DNA from: Tubiluchus corallicola
Taxonomy: Eukaryota > Animalia > Priapulida
Assembly: GCA_030141605.1 (NCBI GenBank)
Contig: JAQGDQ010002393.1
Location: 1 to 64,000 of the forward strand
DNA length: 64,000 nucleotides
Direction: 5' to 3'
Shown here: positions 30,452-40,800 of the stretch, one piece after another
Layout of the letters: each line of letters begins with the position of its first letter
How positions within the stretch are numbered: position 1 is the stretch's first letter
Program-made: the position numbers and the translations under genes
The notes under the pieces: model-generated
Databases searched by the model: none
What the model was told of the DNA's origin: nothing
The model's input: the letters and a program-made list of their open reading frames with translations, nothing else

Positions 30452-31423
30452 ATGACAACTTTTATAAAAACATATATTACTATTTTATTCATAGTGGTGT
30501 GCAGTCTTGCCAACAATGTTTTGGCTGTTCAAAAACCTACCATAGAACTAAAAGTAGATACGAATGAAATATTGATAGGCGACCAAATAGACCTACAAGT
30601 AAAACTTACATACCCAACTGGGAAAGAGGTTTTTTTCCCAGAATATGAAAAAAATATTACTAAAGATATTGAGGTAATAGAAAAATACCCTGCGGATACC
30701 TTACAAATAGATGCTAATACACAGCAAATAGTTCAAAAATACCTTATTACTGCTTTTGATTCAGGCTTGCATTATATTCCAGAAGTTACAGCATTGTTCA
30801 GGCAACAGGATGCTGTAGATAGTATAAAAAGTAACACAGCCTTTATTATAGTAGGCTTCGATACTATTGTAGATATTACGGGCGATTTTAAAGACATTAA
30901 ACCCCCCTTGAAATTACCTTTCACTTTTAAGGAGCTTGTTCCTTACCTGCTTGTTATTTTAGCTATTGCACTTATTGTTTTTATTGTTTTATACATTCTC
31001 AAAAGAAGAAAAAACAAGCAGCCTATTCTTAAACCTAGTAAGCCCCAAGAGCCTTTACACATTATAGCATTGAGAAAACTCAACGAAATGGAAGGAAAAA
31101 AAGAATGGAATACTGTACATCATAAAAAATACTATACTAAACTTACTGATATTCTTCGCACTTATATAGAGGGAAGGTTCAAAGTGTTAGCTTTGGAACA
31201 AACCACTACAGAAATACTAAGAAATCTACCTACTACGGAAATAAACTCTAATCTTAAAAGTAGTTTAGAAGAAATATTAACCCTTGCAGACTTAGTGAAA
31301 TTTGCTAAATATATTCCTAATACAGAAGACAATAAGCGAACATTGGTAAGTACTATTACCTTTGTGAATGATACCATTTTGCAGGTTGTAGAAGAAACTG
31401 CAAAAACTACAAAACAAGAGTAA
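30452..31423 (+). CDS. Bat-operon membrane protein
   Basis: Signal peptide, one TM segment, LADLVKFAK; conserved position before batA. Confidence 0.8.
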   Translation: MTTFIKTYITILFIVVCSLANNVLAVQKPTIELKVDTNEILIGDQIDLQVKLTYPTGKEVFFPEYEKNITKDIEVIEKYPADTLQIDANTQQIVQKYLITAFDSGLHYIPEVTALFRQQDAVDSIKSNTAFIIVGFDTIVDITGDFKDIKPPLKLPFTFKELVPYLLVILAIALIVFIVLYILKRRKNKQPILKPSKPQEPLHIIALRKLNEMEGKKEWNTVHHKKYYTKLTDILRTYIEGRFKVLALEQTTTEILRNLPTTEINSNLKSSLEEILTLADLVKFAKYIPNTEDNKRTLVSTITFVNDTILQVVEETAKTTKQE

Positions 31424-31425
31424 AG

Positions 31426-32409
31426 ATGACATTTGCCAACCCCAACATATTATGGTTATTGTTTTTGTTGCTACCTCTTATAGCGTGGTACGTGTTTAAC
31501 CATAACAAAACGCAGGCTACTGCACAGATATCTACGTTTGGAGTGTTGGGTAAAACTCTTCCTACTCTCAAAACATACTTACGGCACTTACCCTTTGCAC
31601 TTAGGACTATTGCTATAGCCTTGCTTATTATTGTATTGGCTCGCCCACAATCTACCGACAATTGGAAAACTACTACTACCGAAGGTATAGATATAATTAT
31701 TGCCATAGATGTATCTACCAGTATGCTGGCTCGCGATTTTAAGCCTGATAGATTAGAAGCCTCAAAAGAACTTGCCATAGAATTTATAGAAAATCGCTCC
31801 AACGATAGAATAGGGGTGGTTGTATTTGCAGGAGAGAGTTACACACAGTGTCCACCTACTACTGACCACGGTGTTTTGATTCGCCAAATAAAGGACATTA
31901 AGACAGGCACCATAGAAGACGGCACAGCCATAGGTGTAGGAGTTGCTACGGCAATAAACAGGATAAAAGAAAGCGATGCTGCATCAAAAGTTATCATACT
32001 ACTCACTGATGGGGTGAATAATCAAGGCGATATATCACCTACTACATCCTCTGAAATAGCACAAAAGTTAGGAGTAAGAGTATATACAGTGGGAGTAGGA
32101 AGTATAGGCACTGCTCCTTATCCATTTCACGGGCCTTTTGGCACCGCTATTCGCCAAGTAGAAGTAGAAATAGACGAGCCTATGCTAAGGCAGATGGCAC
32201 AGGATACAGATGGAAAGTATTTTAGAGCTACCAACAATACTGAATTGAAAGAAATTTACGAACAGATAGACCAATTAGAAAAATCGAAAATAGACGAGAA
32301 ACAACATACCAATAAGCAAGAAGAATTTTTACCGCTTGCCATTATAGCAGCTTTGTTGATACTTGTAGAGTTAGTATTAAGAAATACGATATTGAAAAAT
32401 TTACCATAA
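31426..32409 (+). CDS. batA: VWA protein BatA
   Basis: LARPQ, DVSTSM MIDAS motif, LLTDG. Confidence 0.92.
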   Translation: MTFANPNILWLLFLLLPLIAWYVFNHNKTQATAQISTFGVLGKTLPTLKTYLRHLPFALRTIAIALLIIVLARPQSTDNWKTTTTEGIDIIIAIDVSTSMLARDFKPDRLEASKELAIEFIENRSNDRIGVVVFAGESYTQCPPTTDHGVLIRQIKDIKTGTIEDGTAIGVGVATAINRIKESDAASKVIILLTDGVNNQGDISPTTSSEIAQKLGVRVYTVGVGSIGTAPYPFHGPFGTAIRQVEVEIDEPMLRQMAQDTDGKYFRATNNTELKEIYEQIDQLEKSKIDEKQHTNKQEEFLPLAIIAALLILVELVLRNTILKNLP

Positions 32410-32421
32410 TTTAAGCTACAA

Positions 32422-33456
32422 ATGTTCAAATTTGAAACTCATACATATCTTTATGCACTACTTGCGATACCCATCATAATACTCTTATTTTGGGTAGCTC
32501 TTGCAAGAAAAAAGAAGGCTCTTTTGCGTTATACATCAGAGAACTTGTTTAGTTTTCTCATACCCAACCTATCATACCCCCGAGCCATATTCAAGTTTAT
32601 ATTACTTACCACAGCCCTTATATTTATAATAATAGCTATAGCCCGCCCACAGTTTGGCACAAAATTGAAACAAGCCAAAAGAGAAGGAATAGAAATAATG
32701 ATAGCCCTCGATGTGTCTCGCAGTATGCTGGCCGAAGATATAAAACCTAACAGGCTAGAAAAAGCCAAACGCTCTATTGAGAGACTTATTAGCAAATTGA
32801 AAAACGACAAAATAGGACTTATCGTCTTTGCAGGAAGTGCTTACACACAACTACCTCTCACTACCGACTATTCGTCTGCTAAAATGTTTTTAGAAGCTGT
32901 TAATACCAATACCATATCAGCACAAGGCACAGCTATAGGCGAAGCCATTACCCTTGCTATGCAATCCTTTGATGCACAATCAGAAGCCAGCAAAAGTATT
33001 GTAATAATAACTGATGGAGAAGACCACGAAGAAGGAGCTATACAAGCTGCTAAGCGAGCCGCAGAAAAAAATATAACCATATACACTATTGGAATAGGGC
33101 AGCCCGAAGGCTCACCTATTCCCATATACAACAGGGGGCAAAAAGAGTTTTTAAAAGACAAGGAAGGAACAGTAGTAATATCAAAACTCAATCAACAGGT
33201 ACTACAAGAAATAGCCATTACAACCGAAGGTATATACGTAAATGACAATAATTCTACTACTGCTCTCAACGATATATACCAAGAGATGGATAGTTTGGAA
33301 AAAATGGAATTAGAAGTTCAAACCTATTCCGAGTACGAAGACCAATTTCAATACCCCATAGGGATAGCCATATTTTTATTGTTTTTAGAAATTGCTGTTT
33401 TTGAGAAAAAAAATAAATGGTTACGAAAAATAAATTTATTTAATCTACCCCAATAA
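32422..33456 (+). CDS. batB: VWA protein BatB
   Basis: DVSRSM, PLTTDY, ITDGEDH. Confidence 0.92.
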   Translation: MFKFETHTYLYALLAIPIIILLFWVALARKKKALLRYTSENLFSFLIPNLSYPRAIFKFILLTTALIFIIIAIARPQFGTKLKQAKREGIEIMIALDVSRSMLAEDIKPNRLEKAKRSIERLISKLKNDKIGLIVFAGSAYTQLPLTTDYSSAKMFLEAVNTNTISAQGTAIGEAITLAMQSFDAQSEASKSIVIITDGEDHEEGAIQAAKRAAEKNITIYTIGIGQPEGSPIPIYNRGQKEFLKDKEGTVVISKLNQQVLQEIAITTEGIYVNDNNSTTALNDIYQEMDSLEKMELEVQTYSEYEDQFQYPIGIAIFLLFLEIAVFEKKNKWLRKINLFNLPQ

Positions 33457-33487
33457 GTGTATATTGCATAAACATATAGCAGATATA

Positions 33488-34306
33488 ATGAAACATATAC
33501 TTACCATATTAATTTTCGTGCTTGCTAGCTTGTCTGCCTATGCTCAAAATCAAAGAAAACTAATTAATGAAGGCAACAGTAAATACCAAAGTAAAGAATA
33601 CAATCAGGCAATAGAGAACTATACTAAAGCCTATGAAAAGGACAGCTCGCTTGTGGCCGATTACAACATAGCCAACGCACTTTACAAACAAGAGAACTAT
33701 GAAGAAGCTATTAAAAAACTTGGAAACATAAGCGAACAAACGGAAGATAAACAAATAAAGGCAAAGGCTTACCATAATTTAGGTAATTCGTATTTGTCGC
33801 AGTATATAGAACAGGAGAAAGCTATACAAAGCAACCCTCAAGCTCAGCCACCTACTAGCGAAACTTTAAAAAAGAGTATAGAAGCCTATAAAAATGCTTT
33901 GCGTAACAACCCTACTGACAAGGACACGAAGTATAATCTTAGCTACGCTAATAAAAAATTACAGGAACAGGAACAACAACAGCAAAATCAAGACCAGCAA
34001 CAAGATAAAGACCAACAAAACCAAGACCAGCAGCAACAGAACCAAGACCAAAACCAAGACCAGCAACAACAGAACCAAGACCAACAGCAGCAAGATAAAG
34101 ACCAGCAAAACCAAGACCAACAACAGGATAAAAAAGATAATCAAGACCAGCAGCAGCAACAACCTCAACCTCAAAAGGGACAAATATCAAAGGAAGATGC
34201 TGAAAGAATGTTAAAGGCAATACAGGACAACGAAAAGGATACTCAAGAAAAGGTAAAAAAGCAAGAACAACAAGCCCCTAAAATAAAAACCGAGAAACAA
34301 TGGTAA
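33488..34306 (+). CDS. batC: TPR protein BatC with Q/D/N-rich linker
   Basis: TPRs (AYHNLGN, YKNALRNNP), low-complexity tract, terminal Trp. Confidence 0.9.
   Translation: MKHILTILIFVLASLSAYAQNQRKLINEGNSKYQSKEYNQAIENYTKAYEKDSSLVADYNIANALYKQENYEEAIKKLGNISEQTEDKQIKAKAYHNLGNSYLSQYIEQEKAIQSNPQAQPPTSETLKKSIEAYKNALRNNPTDKDTKYNLSYANKKLQEQEQQQQNQDQQQDKDQQNQDQQQQNQDQNQDQQQQNQDQQQQDKDQQNQDQQQDKKDNQDQQQQQPQPQKGQISKEDAERMLKAIQDNEKDTQEKVKKQEQQAPKIKTEKQW
33965..34165 (+). repeat. Coding low-complexity repeats (QQQNQD/QQDKD) in batC
   Basis: Repeated aaccaagaccagcaacaac-like units in frame. Confidence 0.8.
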
Positions 34307-36138
34307 AGAAACTATATATATTATTTACACTTCTACTATGTGCTACTGCCAACTTGCAAGCACAGGATATAAAGTTCGAAACTACAGCCCCCAACGTGGT
34401 AAGGCAGGGAGAAAGATTTCAATTACAGTACAATACAAATAGCAAAGGTACTGACCTTGTACTTCCTGATTTTAGTGGGTTTAGTGTATTGATGGGGCCT
34501 AGTGTTTCCAGTAGTACAAGTGTTCAAATAATCAATGGAAAAACAACTCAAAGTAGCAATTACTCCTATACCTATATTCTTCTTGCTATGGAAGAAGGTA
34601 AGCACACTATACCTCCTGCAAGTATTACCATCAAAGGAAAAAAGTATCAAACAAATACCTTTACTATAGAAGTAATAGGAGATGCATCTGCTACCACAGC
34701 CACCACTTCTACAAAGAGTAGTGCTAGCAACAAGTCTACTTCTACCAAAAACAATACCTCTGCAGACCTATTTTTGAAGTTAGAACCCAGTAAAAGAAAC
34801 CCTTATGTAGGAGAGAGCCTAACCACCACTTTAAAACTATATACACGTGTTAATATAGTGCAGGTGGGTAATTTTCGCCCATCTACTTACAATGGATTCT
34901 TATCGCAAGAAATAGCAGCTGCAAAAGAACTTTCTTATCAAAGAGAAAATATAGATGGACAAATATACGAAGTAGCAATTTTGAAACAAGATTTACTTTT
35001 TCCTCAAAAAACAGGAAAAATAGATATAGCATCTTCGTCTTTGGACTGTGTAGTGAGGGAAAAAACTACCAGTGGCAGGAACGACCCTTTTGATATGTTT
35101 TTTGGTAATTACAATGATACTAAAAAACTGCTAAAATCGCAGCCTCTTACAATAAACGTAAAAGCCTTGCCACAAGAAGGAAAGCCTAATAATTTTTCGG
35201 GGGCAGTAGGTAATTTTAGTATAACAGCCAGTATAGACCAAGAACAAGTAAAAACCAATGATGCTATAACACTAAAAATAAAAATACAAGGCAACGGAAA
35301 TTTAAAATTGATAGACCCGTTAGATGTAGAATTTCACCCATCTTTTGAAGTATATGAACCCAAAATAAGCACCAGTATAAAAAATACTGAGACAGGAGCA
35401 GTAGGTAGTAAGACTATTGAATATGTTATCATCCCTCGCGATGCAGGAGAGTTTGAAATACCAGCCGTAGCATTTAGTTATTTCAACCCCAAATCGCGCC
35501 AATACAAAACCCTAAAAACCCAAATTTTTAATATTGCAGTAGAAAAAGGAGAGGGGGGAAGTGCCGTTGCTACCGTAACAGGAATAAGAAAAGAAGATTT
35601 AAAATTCTTAGGCAAAGACATTCGCTATATCAAAACACATAAGGTAAAACTACAACCCAAAGACAACTTACTACTTAATAAAACAGGCTTTTACCTTAGT
35701 TACCTCATCGCATTTTTGGTGTTTATCATCTTATTTTTTATATTAAGAAAACAACAGAAAGAACACCAGAATATTACATTACTTAAAAACAAGAAAGCTA
35801 ATAAAATAGCCAAAAAAAGATTAAAAACATCTTCAATGCATTTGAAGCAACAGAATAAGAAAGCATTTTATGGTGAACTGTTAAGAGCAATGTGGGGATA
35901 TTTGAGCGACAAGTTGTCTATACCTACTGCCAGTCTTAATAAAGAAAACATAACGGAAACTTTAAAAGTTCATAGTGTTCCCAAAGAAACGATAGACAGT
36001 TTTATAGAAATACTCAACACATCGGAATATGCACAGTTTTCGCCCACAGCCGAAGCAGGAGAAATGGACAAGTTGTACAAGGACACTATCAGTATTATAA
36101 GTAAATTAGAGAATCAAATAAAACGAGTAAAAAAATGA
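34300..36138 (+). CDS. batD: BatD
   Basis: GPSVS, FSGAVG, G(S)GNLK-like motif, TM segment; operon position. Confidence 0.9.
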   Translation: MVKKLYILFTLLLCATANLQAQDIKFETTAPNVVRQGERFQLQYNTNSKGTDLVLPDFSGFSVLMGPSVSSSTSVQIINGKTTQSSNYSYTYILLAMEEGKHTIPPASITIKGKKYQTNTFTIEVIGDASATTATTSTKSSASNKSTSTKNNTSADLFLKLEPSKRNPYVGESLTTTLKLYTRVNIVQVGNFRPSTYNGFLSQEIAAAKELSYQRENIDGQIYEVAILKQDLLFPQKTGKIDIASSSLDCVVREKTTSGRNDPFDMFFGNYNDTKKLLKSQPLTINVKALPQEGKPNNFSGAVGNFSITASIDQEQVKTNDAITLKIKIQGNGNLKLIDPLDVEFHPSFEVYEPKISTSIKNTETGAVGSKTIEYVIIPRDAGEFEIPAVAFSYFNPKSRQYKTLKTQIFNIAVEKGEGGSAVATVTGIRKEDLKFLGKDIRYIKTHKVKLQPKDNLLLNKTGFYLSYLIAFLVFIILFFILRKQQKEHQNITLLKNKKANKIAKKRLKTSSMHLKQQNKKAFYGELLRAMWGYLSDKLSIPTASLNKENITETLKVHSVPKETIDSFIEILNTSEYAQFSPTAEAGEMDKLYKDTISIISKLENQIKRVKK

Positions 36139-36935
36139 AAATACTGACCCATACTATAATATTGTTTTTGTTCTTCGTTGCTGTTTCCCAAGCCAAAGAA
36201 CAACAATTGATACAACCCGAAGAGGAAAAACAACTTAACGAAGAAGAATTGATACAAAAAGCCAATGAACTGTATGCAGAAGACAACTACGAAGAAGCTA
36301 TAGAAACTTACAACCAAATATTAAACTCTCGTACCGAGTCGCCAGTCATATACTACAACTTGGCCAATGCTTATTATAAGCAAAATCAACTCTCGTATGC
36401 CATACTCAACTACGAACGAGCTTTATTACTTGCTCCTAACGATAAGGATATTAGATACAATTTAGAACTTGCCAACACTAAAATAGTAGATAAAATAGAG
36501 CAGTTACCACAGTTTTTTCTAATTAAATGGGGCAGAAATTTTGTAGCCATAGCCCACACCAATACTTGGGCAAGTATAAGCATAGCAGCCTTTATACTTA
36601 TGTTTTTACTGCTTTTACTTTTCTTTTTCAGTTCCAAAACTTCTGTAAAAAAGACGACCTTTTCTCTAAGCACAATATTGTTTTTGTTATTTATTTTGGC
36701 TTTTGTATTTGCTTATCAACAAAAGAAACCACTTACACAGAGAGACACAGCCATAGTAATACAGCCCGTAGTAACTGTGAAAAGTAGCCCACAAGAAAAT
36801 AGTACGCAATTATTTTTACTGCACGAGGGAATAAAAGTAGATGTGATAGATGCTGAGTTGCAAAACTGGCGAAAAATACAAATAAGCGATGGCAATCAAG
36901 GTTGGATACCTACCGATGCTATAGAAAAAATATAG
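36135..36935 (+). CDS. batE: BatE (TPR plus SH3-like)
   Basis: YYNLANAYYK, NYERALLL, LHEG, GWIP. Confidence 0.9.
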   Translation: MKILTHTIILFLFFVAVSQAKEQQLIQPEEEKQLNEEELIQKANELYAEDNYEEAIETYNQILNSRTESPVIYYNLANAYYKQNQLSYAILNYERALLLAPNDKDIRYNLELANTKIVDKIEQLPQFFLIKWGRNFVAIAHTNTWASISIAAFILMFLLLLLFFFSSKTSVKKTTFSLSTILFLLFILAFVFAYQQKKPLTQRDTAIVIQPVVTVKSSPQENSTQLFLLHEGIKVDVIDAELQNWRKIQISDGNQGWIPTDAIEKI

Positions 36936-36995
36936 TACATACAAATAAACTAACATCACATTGTTAATAGAAGGGAGCATTGTAAAAAGTACATT

Positions 36996-37973
36996 ATGAA
37001 AAAAACTTACAACTGGGGCATTATTGGATTAGGGCATATAGCACGAAAATTTGCTAGCGATTTGCAGATCGCCCCTCAATCGCAGTTATACGCAGTAGCC
37101 TCGCGTACACAAGAGAAAGCCAATAAATTTGCCCAAAAATACAAGGCACAAAAAGCCTATGATAGCTATGAAAAACTTGCACAAGACCCTAATGTAGATA
37201 TTATTTATATTGCTACGCCTCAACCTTTTCATTGTGAACAGGCTATAATGTGCTTAGAACATAAAAAACCTGTACTTTGCGAAAAACCTTTGGCAACGAA
37301 CTCTCTTGAAGTGAAAAAGATAATACAAACGGCACAAGATAATAATACATTTTTGTTAGAAGCTCTATGGTCGAGATTTGTACCTCACACAAAGAAAATA
37401 TTAGAACTAATAGAAGCAGGTACTATTGGTAAGATAAAGCACTTGCGAGCCGATTATGGCAGGTATTTCCCCTATGACCCTGACTCACGAATGTTTAAAA
37501 AAGAACTAGGAGGAAGTTCTCTTTTTGATGTTGGTATTTACCCATTGTATTTTTCTCTGTTGTTATTTGGCAAACCTATAAAATATAAAGCTCTTGCCTC
37601 TTTTGGTCGTACAGGTATTGATGAGAGCTGTGGAATGCTACTACAATATTCTGATGGGCAGATAGCCTTTTTGCTATCTACTTTTGTTGCTGATACTAAT
37701 ATGCAAGCTGAAATATATGGTGAGAAGGGAAGAATAAAAATAGACCATCGTTTTCACGGACCCGCAGACTTTAGCTTGATACTTGAAAATGGTAAGACCC
37801 AGAACTATAATTTTGAAAAACAAGGATTTGGCTATCAACACGAAATAGAAGAAGCTATCCATTGTTTAGATAATCAACAATTGCAAAGTAAGTTGTTCGA
37901 TTGGCAGGACAGCATCAATCTAATGGAACTGTTAGATAAAATAAAAGAGGAATGCGGCATAAAAGCTCTATGA
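36996..37973 (+). CDS. Gfo/Idh/MocA oxidoreductase
   Basis: WGIIGLGHIA, LCEKP, EALWSRF, DVGIY. Confidence 0.92.
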   Translation: MKKTYNWGIIGLGHIARKFASDLQIAPQSQLYAVASRTQEKANKFAQKYKAQKAYDSYEKLAQDPNVDIIYIATPQPFHCEQAIMCLEHKKPVLCEKPLATNSLEVKKIIQTAQDNNTFLLEALWSRFVPHTKKILELIEAGTIGKIKHLRADYGRYFPYDPDSRMFKKELGGSSLFDVGIYPLYFSLLLFGKPIKYKALASFGRTGIDESCGMLLQYSDGQIAFLLSTFVADTNMQAEIYGEKGRIKIDHRFHGPADFSLILENGKTQNYNFEKQGFGYQHEIEEAIHCLDNQQLQSKLFDWQDSINLMELLDKIKEECGIKAL

Positions 37974-38290
37974 ACTAATTAATTATGCAAGAGTTAGTAG
38001 TAGCTCAGAAAATTTCTGGGTTGAAAACTTTTCATAGATATGCTTAGAATAAAAGGAGGCTTTGCCCTTATTATAATTAACAATGAAAGCCGTTGTATAA
38101 TGTGAGTAATTGTAAAGTAGTAATATTTAATATATTATACTTTTTTTTATAGTAAAAAATGTGTTTCTTTGTAAAAGATTTTGCTACTTGTAGTATTTGG
38201 CTTATTGATATTACTAAGGTAGTATATTTTGTTTAGAGAGTAATTAAATATAATGTCTAACTTATTAATTAAATTAAAACATTTTTAAGA

Positions 38291-40375
38291 ATGTCAGAAG
38301 AAAGTAACAAAAGTGCAGGACAAATACCTACTAACGAGCCAGAGAAGAAAAAAGAACTAAAAGCAGAGGTTAAAGATGCCAAAGAAGAAAAAGTAGAAAA
38401 GGTTGAAAATACAGAAAAAACATCTGCTAAAGAGCCAGAGGAAAAGAAAGAGCTAAAAGTAGAATTTGAAAGTATAAAAGAGAACCCAGAGGAAAAAATA
38501 ACTGTAGCACAGGCTTTTAAAGAGGAAAAAATAGACTGGGATGGCCTGTCGAATGAAGATAAGATTCTATCGCCCAAAGAGAGCGATGAAATTACACAAC
38601 AGTACGATGAGACCTTACTGTCAATCAACGAAAAAGAAGTAGTAGAAGGAACTATTGTTTCTATGAATAAGAGGGAAGCAGTGGTGGATATCAATTTCAA
38701 GTCGGAGGGAGTTATTAATATTAATGAGTTTCGCTACAACCCTGATTTGAAGCCAGGTGATAAAATAAAGGTGTATATAGAGACACAGGAAGATACTAAG
38801 GGACAGTTGATTTTATCACATAAGAAAGCAAGAGCATTGAGGGCTTGGGAAAAGATAAATAGCGCCTTGGAGAACGATGAGATTGTAGAAGGATATGTAA
38901 TGAGCAGAACGAAGGGAGGAATGATAGTAGACGTATTTGGTATAGAAACCTTCTTGCCCGGTTCTCAAATAGATATTAAGCCTATTAGAGACTACGACAT
39001 TTATGTGGGTAAGACGATGGAGTTGAAGGTAGTAAAGATTAATCAAGAGTTTAGAAATGTTGTAGTTTCACACAAAGCACTCATTAAAAAAGAATTAGAA
39101 AAACAAAGAACAGAAATTATTTCTAAGCTTGAAGTAGGACAAATACTAGAAGGAACAGTTAAGAATATAACTTCTTATGGTGTGTTTATAGACCTTGGAG
39201 GGGTGGATGGCTTAGTACATATTACCGATTTATCGTGGGGTAGAATAAACCATCCTGAAGAAATGGTTCAACTAGACCAAAAACTAAAAGTTGTTATATT
39301 AAGTTTTGATGACGAGAAAAAACGTATTGCTCTTGGTGTAAAACAACTTACAGAGCATCCGTGGGATAATTTGACCGAAGCATTGGAAGTGGGGCAAGAG
39401 ATTGAAGGTAAAGTTGTTGTCATTGCTGATTACGGTGCATTTGTAGAGATAGCACCCGGAGTAGAAGGACTTATTCACGTATCGGAAATGTCTTGGTCGC
39501 AGCATTTACATACGACACAGGATTTTTTGAAGGTAGGAGATATGGTTAAGGCTAAAATATTGACTCTGGATAAGGAAGAGAGAAAAATATCTATGGGTAT
39601 TAAGCAGCTTACTCCTGACCCTTGGGAACAAATAGAAACAAAATATGCAGAAGGCAGCAAGCATACAGCTAAGGTAAGAAACTTTACCAATTTTGGCATA
39701 TTTGTAGAAGTAGAAGAAGGTATAGATGGTCTCGTGCATATATCTGACCTTTCTTGGACAAAGAAAATTAAGCACCCTTCTGAATTTGCAAAAGTAGGCG
39801 AAGAAATAGAAGTTATGGTGTTGAGCGTAGATAAAGATAATAGAAGATTGAGCTTTGGCCATAAACAATTGGAGGAGAACCCTTGGGATACCTTCAAAAC
39901 TATTTTTACAGAGGGTTCTATACACGAGGGAACTATTATAAAAGTGTTTGATAAAGGAGCACTTATATCTTTGCCTTATGGGGTAGAGGGTTTTACCACT
40001 CCTAAGCACTTGACAAAGCAGGATAAAACAGCTGCTAAGTTGGATGAAAAACTACCTTTCAAGATAATAGAGTTTAACAAAGAAGCAAAAAAGATTATTG
40101 TTTCTCATAGTAGAACCTTTGAAGACTTGAAGCCTACTTTTTCTAAGGGAAAAATGAAAAATGTAGAGCAAAAAACAAAGAGTAATATGGTTTTTGCCAA
40201 CGAGAAAAAAGCTACTTTGGGAGATATAAAAGGCTTAGCAGATTTAAAGAGTAGAATGGAAGAGGATAAAAAAGAAAAGCCTGCTGCAAAGAAAAATATC
40301 TCAGAAGAGAAGAAAGATGTACTAAAATCATCAGAAGAAAAACTTCCTAAAAAAGACGATGAAATACCTAAGTAA
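38291..40375 (+). CDS. rpsA: 30S ribosomal protein S1
   Basis: Six S1 domains (FLPGSQID, DGLVHITDLSW, EGLIHVSEMSW), TLGD tail. Confidence 0.97.
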   Translation: MSEESNKSAGQIPTNEPEKKKELKAEVKDAKEEKVEKVENTEKTSAKEPEEKKELKVEFESIKENPEEKITVAQAFKEEKIDWDGLSNEDKILSPKESDEITQQYDETLLSINEKEVVEGTIVSMNKREAVVDINFKSEGVININEFRYNPDLKPGDKIKVYIETQEDTKGQLILSHKKARALRAWEKINSALENDEIVEGYVMSRTKGGMIVDVFGIETFLPGSQIDIKPIRDYDIYVGKTMELKVVKINQEFRNVVVSHKALIKKELEKQRTEIISKLEVGQILEGTVKNITSYGVFIDLGGVDGLVHITDLSWGRINHPEEMVQLDQKLKVVILSFDDEKKRIALGVKQLTEHPWDNLTEALEVGQEIEGKVVVIADYGAFVEIAPGVEGLIHVSEMSWSQHLHTTQDFLKVGDMVKAKILTLDKEERKISMGIKQLTPDPWEQIETKYAEGSKHTAKVRNFTNFGIFVEVEEGIDGLVHISDLSWTKKIKHPSEFAKVGEEIEVMVLSVDKDNRRLSFGHKQLEENPWDTFKTIFTEGSIHEGTIIKVFDKGALISLPYGVEGFTTPKHLTKQDKTAAKLDEKLPFKIIEFNKEAKKIIVSHSRTFEDLKPTFSKGKMKNVEQKTKSNMVFANEKKATLGDIKGLADLKSRMEEDKKEKPAAKKNISEEKKDVLKSSEEKLPKKDDEIPK

Positions 40376-40386
40376 GGAGGTTTTTA

Positions 40387-40731
40387 ATGAAATATAAGGT
40401 CGAAAAAAAAGAAGGGTATACATTGGTAACAGTTCTGGCAGAGAGATTGAGCGGGAAAACTGCATTAAACCTCAAGTCGGAGCTGGTGCTTATAATAAAT
40501 GAAGGCGAAAAAAATATTATACTTGATTTAAAAGAGTCTAAAAGCTGTGGACATTATGGAATGAATGCTATGATTATTGGCAATCGTTTGTGCTCTTCTT
40601 CTGGAGGAACTTTTGTAATTGTCAATGTCAATGATGAAGTGGAGGAGACGATTACAGTGGCCCAAATGGATATGGTTTTGAATATTGCTTCTACAATGGA
40701 AAAAGCCTGCAAATTGCTTGATATTGCTTGA
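40387..40731 (+). CDS. STAS-domain protein (anti-sigma antagonist-like)
   Basis: LKSELV, NIILDL, NRLC; rpsA-STAS-rnz context. Confidence 0.85.
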   Translation: MKYKVEKKEGYTLVTVLAERLSGKTALNLKSELVLIINEGEKNIILDLKESKSCGHYGMNAMIIGNRLCSSSGGTFVIVNVNDEVEETITVAQMDMVLNIASTMEKACKLLDIA

Positions 40732-40800
40732 TATGTAGTAATGTATAACGTTAAGGAACTCTTACTCTTTTTTTGAAAAAACATCTAAGTTAATACGCAA

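Noticed and set aside
33965-34165. batC repeats as a CRISPR or mobile repeat; poly-Leu/Val antisense ORFs
   Set aside because: In-frame Q/D/N linker typical of BatC, with no spacers; the antisense ORFs are shadows.
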